From Sphingomonas bacterium (GTDB lineage Bacteria > Pseudomonadota > Alphaproteobacteria > Sphingomonadales > Sphingomonadaceae), in contig NZ_JAQGKZ010000125.1 in NCBI RefSeq assembly GCF_028289855.1, positions 677 through 64,676 of the forward strand: 64,000 bases of DNA, in the 5' to 3' direction. The stretch's first letter is position 1, and each line of letters opens with the position of its first letter. Of this stretch, positions 16,516 through 25,797 are shown piece by piece. The position numbers and the translations under genes are program-made. The notes below the pieces were generated by a model. The model worked only from the letters and a program-made list of their open reading frames with translations, had not been told where the DNA came from and did no database searches.

Positions 16516-18542
16516 CGCCGTGGACGAGCGGTCAAATCGACTCGCCCGACCTCGCGGATGCGCCCCTTGTCGATCCGCCCCTCGACCAGATCGGTGCCCA
16601 TCAGCGCCAGGATCCGTCCGCCGGTGAAGATCGGCCGCGAATTGCCGTACCAGTCGATGCACGACACCGCGCATCGATAGCCGTCCGACGGCTTTCCGTC
16701 GCCCGGGGTCAGTTCGCCCGCCGGATCGAGCGCCTTGGCCGGAGTGAACCCGATGAACGACAATTGCGACGCATTGCTGTCGGACCAGCCGCGCCCGCTG
16801 CGCCATTCGCGCACCGTCGTCGGCAGCCCGAGCATGCCGCTGCCGTCGCCGCGCACCCAGGCGTTGAACGCGTGGCTGCGGCCTTCGCTTTCGAAGCGGT
16901 TCTGAAGCAATGTGGTCGACGCGATACGCGGCCGTCCGTTCAAGCTGACATAGCTGATCGAAAGCCCCCTTGCGTCGCGATACCCGGTGACGATCGCGTC
17001 GTTGCCGGTGCGCTCGATCCGGATCGCATTGTGCGGGATGGCGAGTTTGCTCGTCGCCCAGGGCCGGGCGAGCGGGACGGCATAGAGGCTGGAACCGGCG
17101 GGCGGCCTGGCATCGTCGGGCGCGCTCGAATCCCATCCGGTGCGCCCGCCATAGACCAGCCAGTCGCCGACGAAGCGGTTCTCGAGCTGCCCGCCCTCGA
17201 TCGGCGGCAGCGGGGCATAGACCGCGGGCGCGATGTGGCGGACGCGCGAAGAGAAGGCCGAGAGCGGGATGTCGAGCAGCGCCAGCGGCTTTGCGGCGTC
17301 GTAGGGCGCGCAATCGCCCGACACGCGGCCGAGCAGCGCGCGCAGATGCCCGCCCGCCGCGTCGAACGCGAACTGGTCCGACGGAACACCCTCGACCGCG
17401 ACCGCACCGATCGCCGCACCGCTCACCGGCACCTTGTAGAGCAACGCGGCATCGGCCTCGCGCCCGCGCCATTCCTGCCCCGACGGACAGGCTTTGCGCC
17501 GCATGTTGCCGTAATCGATTCCCCAGGGATTGCCGCTCGGTGCGCCGATCCACAGGAACGCGTCGGTCGGCGACAGATAGAATTCGCGCATCTCCGGCCC
17601 GACGAACGCGGTGGTGCGGCATTGCAGCCCGGCACGTAAGGGGCAGAACGAGATCGCGTGGAGTACCGGATCGTCGATCTTGCCCGGCGGTGCGTAGATG
17701 TCGGTGCCGCTTAGCAGCGCCTTGCCGCGGTCCGGCTCGCCGTCGCCATCGGCGCGGCGGACGCGCGGGTATTTGAAGCCGTTGTCGCCGTCCGACAGAT
17801 CGACCGGCGTATAGATCACCAGCGTGTCGCCGATCAGCCGAGTCGCGTAATTGTCGGTCGAATAATAATCGTTCGAACTGATCAGGTAGCGCCCCTCGCG
17901 GCTCAGCCGCCCGTCGCGCGCCATCCGCAGCACGGTGATCTCGCTCGCTCCCTCATTGTAATTGTACGCGGTGACCAGGATGCGGTCGCCGAGCACAAGC
18001 ATTTCGTCGTACCAGCTCGCCGCCTTGGCGGGGCTGCGATAGACGTCGATGCGGTCGGCGAGCCGCAGCGGGGCGCCCTCGCCCGCGCCCAGATCGACGC
18101 TGAACACCCGGCCGTCCTGCAGCACGACCAGGTAATTGCCGATCTGCTTGACGATCCCGCCCTCGTCGACGCCGACATTCTGATTGTTGGTGATGTTGGG
18201 GTTGGCGACGCGGCTGCCAGTGACGGCGATGTCGGCGGCGGATGTGACGGTCGTCGGCGCGGCGTTGGCCGCCGAGGGCGGCGGCGGGGCGGGTGCCATG
18301 ACGGGCGGCGGCGGCGCCGAGACCGGCATCGATTCGTAGGCCGAATAGGCGCGCCGATCGGCGACCAGGCTCTTCAGATAGCGGCGGAACGCGGCTTCGG
18401 AGGTGAAGCGCTGCAGGAGGGGGCCGGCGCGCCCGTCGAACATTCGCGCATTGGGGTCGGGCCGCGCCGATTCGGCGGCGCCGGTGGCGATCAGCAGGGC
18501 GGCGGCGACAGCCGAGCGGACATAACGCGCGATCACGGGCAC
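16512..18542 (-). CDS. secreted beta-propeller domain-containing protein (PF09826-like)
   Basis: Signal peptide MPVIARYVRSAVAAALLIATGAA. Block ITNNQNVGVDEGGIVKQIGNYLVVL matches the TN.Q..GVDE.DIVK.DG motif of that family. Confidence 0.75.
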   Translation of the reverse strand: MPVIARYVRSAVAAALLIATGAAESARPDPNARMFDGRAGPLLQRFTSEAAFRRYLKSLVADRRAYSAYESMPVSAPPPPVMAPAPPPPSAANAAPTTVTSAADIAVTGSRVANPNITNNQNVGVDEGGIVKQIGNYLVVLQDGRVFSVDLGAGEGAPLRLADRIDVYRSPAKAASWYDEMLVLGDRILVTAYNYNEGASEITVLRMARDGRLSREGRYLISSNDYYSTDNYATRLIGDTLVIYTPVDLSDGDNGFKYPRVRRADGDGEPDRGKALLSGTDIYAPPGKIDDPVLHAISFCPLRAGLQCRTTAFVGPEMREFYLSPTDAFLWIGAPSGNPWGIDYGNMRRKACPSGQEWRGREADAALLYKVPVSGAAIGAVAVEGVPSDQFAFDAAGGHLRALLGRVSGDCAPYDAAKPLALLDIPLSAFSSRVRHIAPAVYAPLPPIEGGQLENRFVGDWLVYGGRTGWDSSAPDDARPPAGSSLYAVPLARPWATSKLAIPHNAIRIERTGNDAIVTGYRDARGLSISYVSLNGRPRIASTTLLQNRFESEGRSHAFNAWVRGDGSGMLGLPTTVREWRSGRGWSDSNASQLSFIGFTPAKALDPAGELTPGDGKPSDGYRCAVSCIDWYGNSRPIFTGGRILALMGTDLVEGRIDKGRIREVGRVDLTARPRR

Positions 18543-18627
18543 ACTCCCCTTATGGCCTTGGCGACCAGCCTAGGGCCGCGAACCTGAACGGCAAGCGAAT
18601 GATATAGAATCACGACATCGGACAAAT

Positions 18628-18648
18628 CCTCCCCCTGGCGGGGGAAGG
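18628..18648. repeat. short GC hairpin repeat CCTCCCCCTGGCGGGGGAAGG
   Basis: Same motif as 14338-14357, in the opposite orientation. Confidence 0.55.
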
Positions 18649-18660
18649 GTTTGGGATACG

Positions 18661-18691
18661 AAAAAGCCCGGCGCGATCGCTCGCACCGGGC
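18661..18691 (-). terminator. rho-independent terminator of the cold-shock-domain gene
   Basis: On the minus strand: GCCCGGTGCGAGCGATCGCGCCGGGC followed by TTTTT. It is preceded by a second small hairpin, TTTTCCCCGAGCGGGGAAAA. Confidence 0.8.
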
Positions 18692-18717
18692 CTTCGTTTT
18701 CCCCGCTCGGGGAAAAG

Positions 18718-19551
18718 TCAGATCGAGGTGAGGTTGACCGCTGCGTACTTGCCGCGGCGATTGTCGACTTCGAGCTCGAACTCGAGCCGGTCGCCCTCGT
18801 TGAGGTTTGTCATCCCGGCGCGCTCGACGGCCGAGATATGGACGAACGCATCGGGCTGGCCATCGTCGCGCTGAATGAAGCCGAAGCCCTTCATCGCGTT
18901 GAAGAACTTGACCGTGCCGGTCGCCTTCTCCCCGGTCAGCTCACGCCCGCCGCCGCCGGCACCGCCGCCTGCGCCACCGCGCGGCGCATCGTCACGATCG
19001 CGCGGCGGAGGACGGTCGGTCACGGGGAGCGGCTCGCCCTCGATCTTGAGGTCGGTCGCCGAAATGCGCCCGCCGCGATCGACCAGCGTGAAGCCCAGCG
19101 GCTGACCCTCGGCCAGACCGGTCAGACCGGCCTGCTCGACCGCACTGATGTGCACGAACACATCCTCGCCGCCATCGTCGCGAACGACGAAGCCGAAGCC
19201 CTTTTGCCCGTTGAAGAATTTGACCACGCCGGTGCCTTCGCCGACGACCTGGGGCGGCATGCCGCCGCCCGCGCCACCGCTGCCGCCGCGGAAGCCGCCA
19301 CCACCGCCGCCGCCGCGGAATCCACCGCCGCCGCCGCCGCCGCTGAAGCCGCCGCCACCACCGCCGCGATAGCCACCGCCACCGCCGCCGCCATAGCTGC
19401 TACCGCCGCCGAAACCACCGCCGCCGCCGAAGCGATCGCCGCCACCACCGAAATCACCGCCGCCGCCGCCGAATTCGTCACCGCCGAAATTGTCGCGCTT
19501 GTCGCGGCCGCGCCCACCACGGTTACCGCGGCCACCTTTATCGAAACTCAT
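18718..19551 (-). CDS. tandem cold-shock-domain protein with a Gly/Arg-rich N-terminal low-complexity region
   Basis: Two CSDs ([29 protein letters not shown] and [29 protein letters not shown]). The first ~100 aa are GGGGGGF(R/S)GG-type repeats. ATG at 19551. Confidence 0.87.
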   Translation of the reverse strand: MSFDKGGRGNRGGRGRDKRDNFGGDEFGGGGGDFGGGGDRFGGGGGFGGGSSYGGGGGGGYRGGGGGGFSGGGGGGGFRGGGGGGGFRGGSGGAGGGMPPQVVGEGTGVVKFFNGQKGFGFVVRDDGGEDVFVHISAVEQAGLTGLAEGQPLGFTLVDRGGRISATDLKIEGEPLPVTDRPPPRDRDDAPRGGAGGGAGGGGRELTGEKATGTVKFFNAMKGFGFIQRDDGQPDAFVHISAVERAGMTNLNEGDRLEFELEVDNRRGKYAAVNLTSI

Positions 19552-19768
19552 GCCCTGTTCGTCTTTCCGGTCCGTCCATATCCCATTCAAGGACCAACAC
19601 GCCGGACGACGGACGCAGCCCTTCGGGCGCAAACAACAGCGCCGCCAGTCTGCCTTAGCCGAAAATGCGGAGTGCCGCGAACAAATTCGTCTCCGTTCCT
19701 GCCCTTGTCATCGCGATATGCGCGTGGGCGTTGCCGAGACGGCACAGCGTCGAGTACGAACCCTGGCT

Positions 19769-20566
19769 ATGCCGATCCTTTCTCTCCTGTCCGACCCCGC
19801 CGCCTGGGCGGCGCTGTTGACGCTGATCGTGATGGAGGTCGTGCTCGGGATCGACAATCTCGTGTTCGTCGCGATCCTGTCGAACAAATTACCCGAGGCG
19901 CAACGCGCGCGGACGCGACGAATCGGCCTCGGCCTCGCGCTGATTATGCGAATCGCCTTGCTGTTCTCGATCTTCCTGATCGTCGGGATGGTGAAGCCGG
20001 TGTTCGATCTGGGGCTGGTCGGCGCGCCCGATTCGCACGGCAATCCCAGTTTCGAAACCGCATTCTCGGTGCGCGACCTGATCCTGATCGCGGGCGGAAT
20101 GTTCCTGCTCTACAAGGCGACGACCGAAATCCACCACAGCGTCGATCCGGCCGAATCGGATTCGGCGTTCGACAAGACCAACAGCCGAAAGACGCTGAGT
20201 TTCGGCGTGGCGATTTCGCAGATCGTGTTGCTCGACCTGGTCTTCTCGATCGATTCGATCCTGACCGCGGTCGGCATGACCGACGAATTGCCGATCATGA
20301 TCACTGCGGTGGTGGTTGCAGTGGGGGTGATGCTGCTCGCCGCCACGCCGCTGGCCAATTTCATCAACCGCAATCCCACCGTGGTGATGCTCGCGCTCGG
20401 TTTCCTGCTGATGATCGGGCTGGTGCTCATCGCCGACGGGTTCGGGGTCCATGTGCCCAAGGGCTATGTCTATACCGCGATGGCGTTTTCGGCGGCGGTC
20501 GAGACGCTCAACATCTGGAGCCGGCGTGCACGCGAACGCGGTGCTGGTGGCGGTTCTGGCCATTGA
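19769..20566 (+). CDS. TerC family membrane protein
   Basis: [37 protein letters not shown]... is the TerC signature. Confidence 0.85.
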   Translation: MPILSLLSDPAAWAALLTLIVMEVVLGIDNLVFVAILSNKLPEAQRARTRRIGLGLALIMRIALLFSIFLIVGMVKPVFDLGLVGAPDSHGNPSFETAFSVRDLILIAGGMFLLYKATTEIHHSVDPAESDSAFDKTNSRKTLSFGVAISQIVLLDLVFSIDSILTAVGMTDELPIMITAVVVAVGVMLLAATPLANFINRNPTVVMLALGFLLMIGLVLIADGFGVHVPKGYVYTAMAFSAAVETLNIWSRRARERGAGGGSGH

Positions 20567-20597
20567 GCGTTCATCGCCAAGAGGCTAGGGCCGCGCG

Positions 20598-21218
20598 ATG
20601 ACCGTTCACCTGCACGAAGAAGACATTCCCGCCGGCCTGTTCGCGCCCGGTGCGTCGATCGCCGTCGATACCGAGACGATGGGGCTGATCACGCCGCGCG
20701 ACCGGCTGTGCCTGGTGCAATTGTCCGACGGCGGGCCCGACGAGCATCTGGTGCGCTTTTCGCCTGGCAGCGATTATGCCGCGCCCAACCTGAAGGCGCT
20801 GCTCGCCGATCCGGGCCGCGACAAGCTCTACCATTTCGCGCGGTTCGATCTGGCGGCGATCCGGCATTATCTCGGCGTCACCGCGGCCCCGGCCTATTGC
20901 ACCAAGACCGCGTCGCGGCTGGTGCGCACCTATACCGATCGCCACGGGCTCAAGGAACTGGTGCGCGAATTGCTCGGCCAGGATATCTCGAAGCAGCAGC
21001 AATCGTCCGATTGGGGCGGGCCAGAGTTGAGCGACGCGCAGAAGGATTATGCCGCATCGGACGTGCGCTATCTCCACAAGATGCGCGAAGAACTCGACCG
21101 CCGCCTCGCCCGGGAAGGACGCACCGAATTGGCCAAGGCGTGCTTCGACTTCCTGCCGTGGCGGGCGGAGCTCGACTTGGCCGGCTGGCCCGACATCGAC
21201 ATCTTCGCGCATGTTTGA
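20598..21218 (+). CDS. rnd: ribonuclease D-like 3'-5' exonuclease (short form)
   Basis: DEDD motifs IAVDTETMGL, HFARFDL and YAASDVRYL. Conserved position upstream of lptC. Confidence 0.82.
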   Translation: MTVHLHEEDIPAGLFAPGASIAVDTETMGLITPRDRLCLVQLSDGGPDEHLVRFSPGSDYAAPNLKALLADPGRDKLYHFARFDLAAIRHYLGVTAAPAYCTKTASRLVRTYTDRHGLKELVRELLGQDISKQQQSSDWGGPELSDAQKDYAASDVRYLHKMREELDRRLAREGRTELAKACFDFLPWRAELDLAGWPDIDIFAHV

Positions 21219-21267
21219 AGGCTCACGCCTCGAAGGCGGGCTGGTGCCGTGACCGACAAGGACTCGC

Positions 21268-21906
21268 ATGTCTAAAATTGCCGCCACGATGCGGTCCGAG
21301 CGCCAGCATTGGGCGGCGCCGGGCAGCGCGCACGATCATCTCGTTGCCGTTCTGCGCGTGGTTTTGCCCTCGGCGGTCGGCGTCGTCGCCGCGCTGATGG
21401 TGTTCCTGCCGCTGACCTCGGGCGGCGACGTCAGCTTCGTGCTCGACAAGAACAAGGTCGAAGTCTCGAAAGAACGCCTGAAAGTCGAGGCAGCGAGCTA
21501 TCGCGGGCAGGACGACAAGGGCCAGCCCTTCGTTCTCACCGCGCAATCTGCGCTCCAGAAAAGCGCTGCCGAGCCGATCGTCGATATGCAGCGGCTGATG
21601 GCCAAGCTGACCTTGCCCAACGGCCTCGCGACGCTCGCGGCGCCGAGCGGGAAGTTCAATCCGGTCAATCAGCAAGTCGATGTGGCCGGGCCGATCACGT
21701 TCGACGGGCCCAACGGTTACAGCCTTAAGTCGCAGGCGGCGACGGTCGATCTCAAGAAGAAGACCATGAAGGGCAGTGGGGGCGTGTCGGGTACGGTGCC
21801 GCAGGGCACGTTCACCGCCGACACGATGAGCGCCGATCTCGACAACCGCGTCGTCACGCTCGACGGCCGCGCCCGCTTGCGGATCGCGCCGCAACGCGCG
21901 AGATAG
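21268..21906 (+). CDS. lptC: LPS export ABC transporter periplasmic protein LptC
   Basis: N-terminal TM anchor followed by a beta-jellyroll-like region. Located immediately upstream of lptA. Confidence 0.72.
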   Translation: MSKIAATMRSERQHWAAPGSAHDHLVAVLRVVLPSAVGVVAALMVFLPLTSGGDVSFVLDKNKVEVSKERLKVEAASYRGQDDKGQPFVLTAQSALQKSAAEPIVDMQRLMAKLTLPNGLATLAAPSGKFNPVNQQVDVAGPITFDGPNGYSLKSQAATVDLKKKTMKGSGGVSGTVPQGTFTADTMSADLDNRVVTLDGRARLRIAPQRAR

Positions 21907-21910
21907 GCTG

Positions 21911-22441
21911 ATGCGTATCGTCACCCCCCTCATCGCGCTTGTCGCTTTCGCCGCCGCCGGCGCGGCGATCGCGGACTCGCGGCACGATTCGTCGGCGCCG
22001 ATCGACTTTGCCGCCGATCATGCCGAGTTGCAGGATCAGGCCAACCGGTCGATCCTGTCGGGCAATGTCCGCATCACCCAGGCGGAAATGGTCCTTACCG
22101 CGGCGCGCGTCACCATCGCCTATACCGGCAAGGTCGCTGGCGGATCGGCGAAGGTCTCGCGGATCGACGCGTCGGGCGGCGTCACGGTGACCCGGCCCGA
22201 CCAGAAGGCGCGCGGCCAGTATGGCGTGTACGACGTCAACCGCCGCACCATCATCATGCTCGGCGGCGTGACGCTCAATCAAGGCGCCAACACCGTCAGC
22301 GGCAGCCGGCTGACGATCAACCTCGACACCGGCAAGGCAGTGATCGACGGGTCGGGCAGCGTGTCGAGCCCGGCGGGCGCACCTTCGACCACAACCGGCG
22401 GACGAGTCACCGGTCGTTTCTCGGTTCCGAAGCGCAATTAG
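21911..22441 (+). CDS. lptA: LptA/OstA family periplasmic protein
   Basis: Signal peptide. DFAADHAELQDQANRSILSGNVRITQAEMVLTAARVTIAY is typical of the OstA N-terminal domain. Confidence 0.8.
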   Translation: MRIVTPLIALVAFAAAGAAIADSRHDSSAPIDFAADHAELQDQANRSILSGNVRITQAEMVLTAARVTIAYTGKVAGGSAKVSRIDASGGVTVTRPDQKARGQYGVYDVNRRTIIMLGGVTLNQGANTVSGSRLTINLDTGKAVIDGSGSVSSPAGAPSTTTGGRVTGRFSVPKRN

Positions 22442-22479
22442 TTTTTGTGAGGGCGATTGGGCCTCCGCCCAATCGCTGC

Positions 22480-22557
22480 GGCACCAGCCCGCTCCCCCAC
22501 CCGGCCTCCCAATCAGGATATTCTATGGGAGGCCGGGTGGGGGAGCGGGCTGGTGCC
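22480..22557. repeat. long perfect palindromic intergenic element, copy 2
   Basis: 31-nt arms GGCACCAGCCCGCTCCCCCACCCGGCCTCCC / GGGAGGCCGGGTGGGGGAGCGGGCTGGTGCC around a 16-nt loop. Confidence 0.8.
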
Positions 22558-22734
22558 GTCCACGTGCGAGAGCACGTCAAACAAAACGCCCGATTTTTCG
22601 GCGGAATCGTCGCGTGGCGCTTCCATTTGACGCGCGTCGCGGGCATGGATTCGCCGTGCGCCATGCACGAAGCTTGCCAATTGGGTTGCCGGTAACCATT
22701 CGGTAACCAAGAAGCGGGCACTGACGGAGCCGGT

Positions 22735-23511
22735 ATGGACCAGACGACGACCCTCGATGCGATCGAACCGATCGCCGAAACCCCCAAAATGCAGGGGCTG
22801 TCGGTGGTGTCGATCGCCAAGTCATACGACAAGCGCGTCGTGCTGAGCGACGTGTCGGTGTCGGTCGGTCCGGGCGAAGTGATCGGGCTGCTCGGCCCCA
22901 ACGGCGCGGGCAAAACCACTTGTTTCTATTCGGTGATGGGGCTGGTGAAGCCCGATTCGGGCCGCATCATGCTCGACGGCGACGATATCACCGGGCTGCC
23001 GATGTATCGCCGCGCGATCCTCGGGCTCGGGTATCTGCCGCAGGAAACCTCGATCTTTCGCGGGCTGTCGGTCGAAAAGAACATCCTCGCGGTGCTCGAG
23101 CTTGCCGAGCCCGACAAGGCGGCGCGCGCCAAGCGGCTCGACCAGTTGCTCGACGAATTCGGGCTGACGCGGTTGCGCGACGCGCCCGCGATGGCGCTGT
23201 CGGGCGGCGAGCGGCGCCGCGCCGAAATCGCCCGCGCGCTGGCGGCGAACCCGTCGATCATGCTCCTCGACGAGCCGTTCGCGGGGATCGATCCTTTGTC
23301 GATCAGCGACATTCGCGACCTGATCGTCGAACTCAAGAAGCGCGGCATCGGCGTGCTAATCACCGATCACAACGTGCGAGAGACGCTCGACATCGTCGAC
23401 CGCGGTTACATCATCTATGACGGCCGCGTGCTGTTTGCCGGCACGCCGCAGGAGCTCGTCGCCGACGAGAATGTCCGCCGCCTGTACCTCGGCGAAAGCT
23501 TCACCTTGTAA
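22735..23511 (+). CDS. lptB: LPS export ABC transporter ATP-binding protein LptB
   Basis: Walker A GPNGAGKTT. Signature LSGGERRR. Walker B MLLDEPF. GGAG SD upstream. Confidence 0.93.
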   Translation: MDQTTTLDAIEPIAETPKMQGLSVVSIAKSYDKRVVLSDVSVSVGPGEVIGLLGPNGAGKTTCFYSVMGLVKPDSGRIMLDGDDITGLPMYRRAILGLGYLPQETSIFRGLSVEKNILAVLELAEPDKAARAKRLDQLLDEFGLTRLRDAPAMALSGGERRRAEIARALAANPSIMLLDEPFAGIDPLSISDIRDLIVELKKRGIGVLITDHNVRETLDIVDRGYIIYDGRVLFAGTPQELVADENVRRLYLGESFTL

Positions 23512-23513
23512 TC

Positions 23514-25013
23514 ATGTCCCTCGCGCCTCGCCTCGATCTTCGGCAGTCGCAATCGCTGGTCATGACGCCGCAGCTGCAGCAGGCGATCCGCCTGCTCGCG
23601 CTGTCGAACCTCGAGGTCGAGACTTTCATCGCCGAGGAAATCGAGCGCAATCCGTTGCTCGAAAGCGTCGGGCAGGAAGATGATGGCCCGACGCAGGAAC
23701 GCGAGGCGCCGGTCGCGGCGAGCGACGAGCCCGCCAGCGCCGACGCGCTGGTGATGGGCGACAGCGGGGGGGAGGCCGCGCTCGACGTCGATTTCGCGGC
23801 CGAAAGCTTCCACCACGACAGCGCCGCCGACCAGGCCGGGATGGACGGGTCGCTCGGGATGAACGGCGGCGGCATGAGCGGCGGGATGGGCGAGGATGGC
23901 CCCGACCTCGACGCGTTTGCCGACACGTCGCTCAGCCTTGCCGATCATCTCCTGCATCAGGCGGGCGAGGCACTGGGCGGGCGTGACCTGTTCATCGCCC
24001 AGCATTTGATCGACCTGATCGACGAGGCCGGATATCTTACCGCGCCGTTGCTCGATGTAGCCACTCGGCTGAACGCGCCGCGCGACGAAGTCGAGGCCGT
24101 GCTCAAGACGATCCAGACCTTCGACCCGACCGGCGTCGGCGCGCGCGATCTCGCCGAATGCCTCGCGCTCCAGGCGAAGGAAGCCGACCGTTACGATCCG
24201 TGCATGGCGCGGCTGATCGACAATCTCGACCTCGTCGCGCGCGGCGACATGGCGCGGCTCCGGCGAATGTGCGACGTCGACGACGAGGATCTCGCGGACA
24301 TGATCCGCGAGCTCAGGAATTACGATCCCAAGCCCGGCTGCAAGTTCGGCGGCGAGGCGATGCAGGCGGTCACCCCCGATCTGTTCATCGCGCAGCGCAA
24401 GCAGGGCTGGGCAATCGAGATCAACGCCGCCACGCTCCCGCGCTTGCTGGTCAACCGAAGCTATTATGTCGAGCTGTCGTCGGGGCCGCAGGACAAGGCG
24501 TCGAAGGCCTGGCTGAGCGATATGCTCGCCAGCGCGAACTGGCTGGTCAAGGCGCTCGACCAGCGCCAGCGCACGATCATCAAGGTCGCGTCGGAGATCG
24601 TAAAGCAGCAGGAAGCGTTCTTCCTGCACGGCGTCGCGCATTTGCGGCCGATGACGCTGCGCCAGGTCGCCGATGCGATCGAGATGCACGAATCGACCGT
24701 CAGCCGCGTGACGTCGAACAAATATCTCAGCTGCGCGCGCGGGCTGTTCGAGCTCAAATATTTCTTCACCAGCTCGATTCAGTCGTCCGACGGCGGCGAC
24801 GCGGTGTCGGCCGAAGCGGTCAAATCGGCGATCCGCGCGCTGATCGTCGCCGAAGACCCCAAGGCGATCCTGTCCGACGACACGCTGGTCGATATGCTCA
24901 ACGCCAAGGGGTTCGGCATCGCGCGGCGGACGGTGGCGAAATACCGCGAGGCGATGGGGATCGGCAGTTCGGTGCAGCGGCGGCGGCAGAAGGCGTTGGA
25001 GGGGGTGAGCTAA
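23514..25013 (+). CDS. rpoN: RNA polymerase sigma-54 factor
   Basis: N-terminus LRQSQSLVMTPQLQQAIRLL. C-terminal RpoN box ARRTVAKYREAMGI. Confidence 0.96.
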   Translation: MSLAPRLDLRQSQSLVMTPQLQQAIRLLALSNLEVETFIAEEIERNPLLESVGQEDDGPTQEREAPVAASDEPASADALVMGDSGGEAALDVDFAAESFHHDSAADQAGMDGSLGMNGGGMSGGMGEDGPDLDAFADTSLSLADHLLHQAGEALGGRDLFIAQHLIDLIDEAGYLTAPLLDVATRLNAPRDEVEAVLKTIQTFDPTGVGARDLAECLALQAKEADRYDPCMARLIDNLDLVARGDMARLRRMCDVDDEDLADMIRELRNYDPKPGCKFGGEAMQAVTPDLFIAQRKQGWAIEINAATLPRLLVNRSYYVELSSGPQDKASKAWLSDMLASANWLVKALDQRQRTIIKVASEIVKQQEAFFLHGVAHLRPMTLRQVADAIEMHESTVSRVTSNKYLSCARGLFELKYFFTSSIQSSDGGDAVSAEAVKSAIRALIVAEDPKAILSDDTLVDMLNAKGFGIARRTVAKYREAMGIGSSVQRRRQKALEGVS

Positions 25014-25056
25014 GCTCTTAGGATTTCATAAGAACTCTTGCCCTACGACTCGTGCC

Positions 25057-25446
25057 ATGCCCGCACAATTCACCATCACCGCCGATCCGGCCCGCGACCT
25101 GATCCGGATCAAAATGTCGGGATTCTTCACCCCCGCCGATATCGCAGCGTTCCGCGCCGCGCGCGCCGTCGAGCACGCCAAGCTGACTTGCCGGCGTAAC
25201 CGTCACCTGACGCTCAACGACATATCCGGCATGCAAGTGCAGGCGCAGGATATCGTCACGGCATTCCAGTCGTTGCTCGCCGACCCCGCCTATCGCTCTC
25301 GACGGCTAGCCTTTGTGATCAGCCGCACGCTGGCGCGCAGCCAGTTGATGCGCGCGCTCGAAGTGCGGACCGCGCGCTGCTTCGAGGACGCCGCGACGGC
25401 CGAAGCATGGCTGCTCCTCCCCGAAGATGAACTCGCCGCCGCCTGA
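25057..25446 (+). CDS. hypothetical protein
   Basis: 129-aa ORF with coding-like GC3 bias. No recognisable motif. Occupies the position downstream of rpoN. Confidence 0.5.
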   Translation: MPAQFTITADPARDLIRIKMSGFFTPADIAAFRAARAVEHAKLTCRRNRHLTLNDISGMQVQAQDIVTAFQSLLADPAYRSRRLAFVISRTLARSQLMRALEVRTARCFEDAATAEAWLLLPEDELAAA

Positions 25447-25494
25447 TTGACCCGGTGACCGCCAGCATTCTAGCTATCCGAAAAGGAGAGCGGG

Positions 25495-25797
25495 ATGATC
25501 ATCGTCACCGGCAGCGTCACCGCCAAACCCGGCAGCTTCGATGCGTTGCTCGAAGCCAGCCTTGCGCATGTCCACCGCTCGCGCACCGAGAACGGCTGCA
25601 TCAGCCACGCGGTACGGATCGACAGCGAGGAGCCGATGAAGCTCGTCTTCTTCGAGGAGTGGCGCGACGTGGCGGCGCTTCAGGCCCATTTCACGACGCC
25701 GGGCATTGCCGACCTGCTCGCCGCGTTCCGCGAGCATTCATGCGCGAGCGAGAAGATCACCGCGTACGAGGCGACCGAGCTGCCGCCCTTGGGTTAG
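25495..25797 (+). CDS. antibiotic biosynthesis monooxygenase (ABM) family protein / putative quinol monooxygenase
   Basis: 100 aa. MIIVTGSV...SRTENGCISH...VFFEEWRDVAALQAHF is the ABM-fold pattern. Confidence 0.78.
   Translation: MIIVTGSVTAKPGSFDALLEASLAHVHRSRTENGCISHAVRIDSEEPMKLVFFEEWRDVAALQAHFTTPGIADLLAAFREHSCASEKITAYEATELPPLG

Noticed and set aside
19260-19500. A highly repetitive GCC/GCCGCC tract that could be mistaken for a tandem-repeat or CRISPR-like array.
   Set aside because: It is the reverse strand of GGN codons encoding the Gly-rich N-terminus of the cold-shock-domain protein. There is no repeat-spacer periodicity.
21268-23511. The presence of lptC/lptA/lptB was considered as an anomaly, because sphingomonads replace LPS with glycosphingolipids.
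   Set aside because: The taxonomic assignment is only my inference from gene content. Lpt homologs are, as far as I know, retained in such organisms. The window gives no sequence-level anomaly to support a claim.
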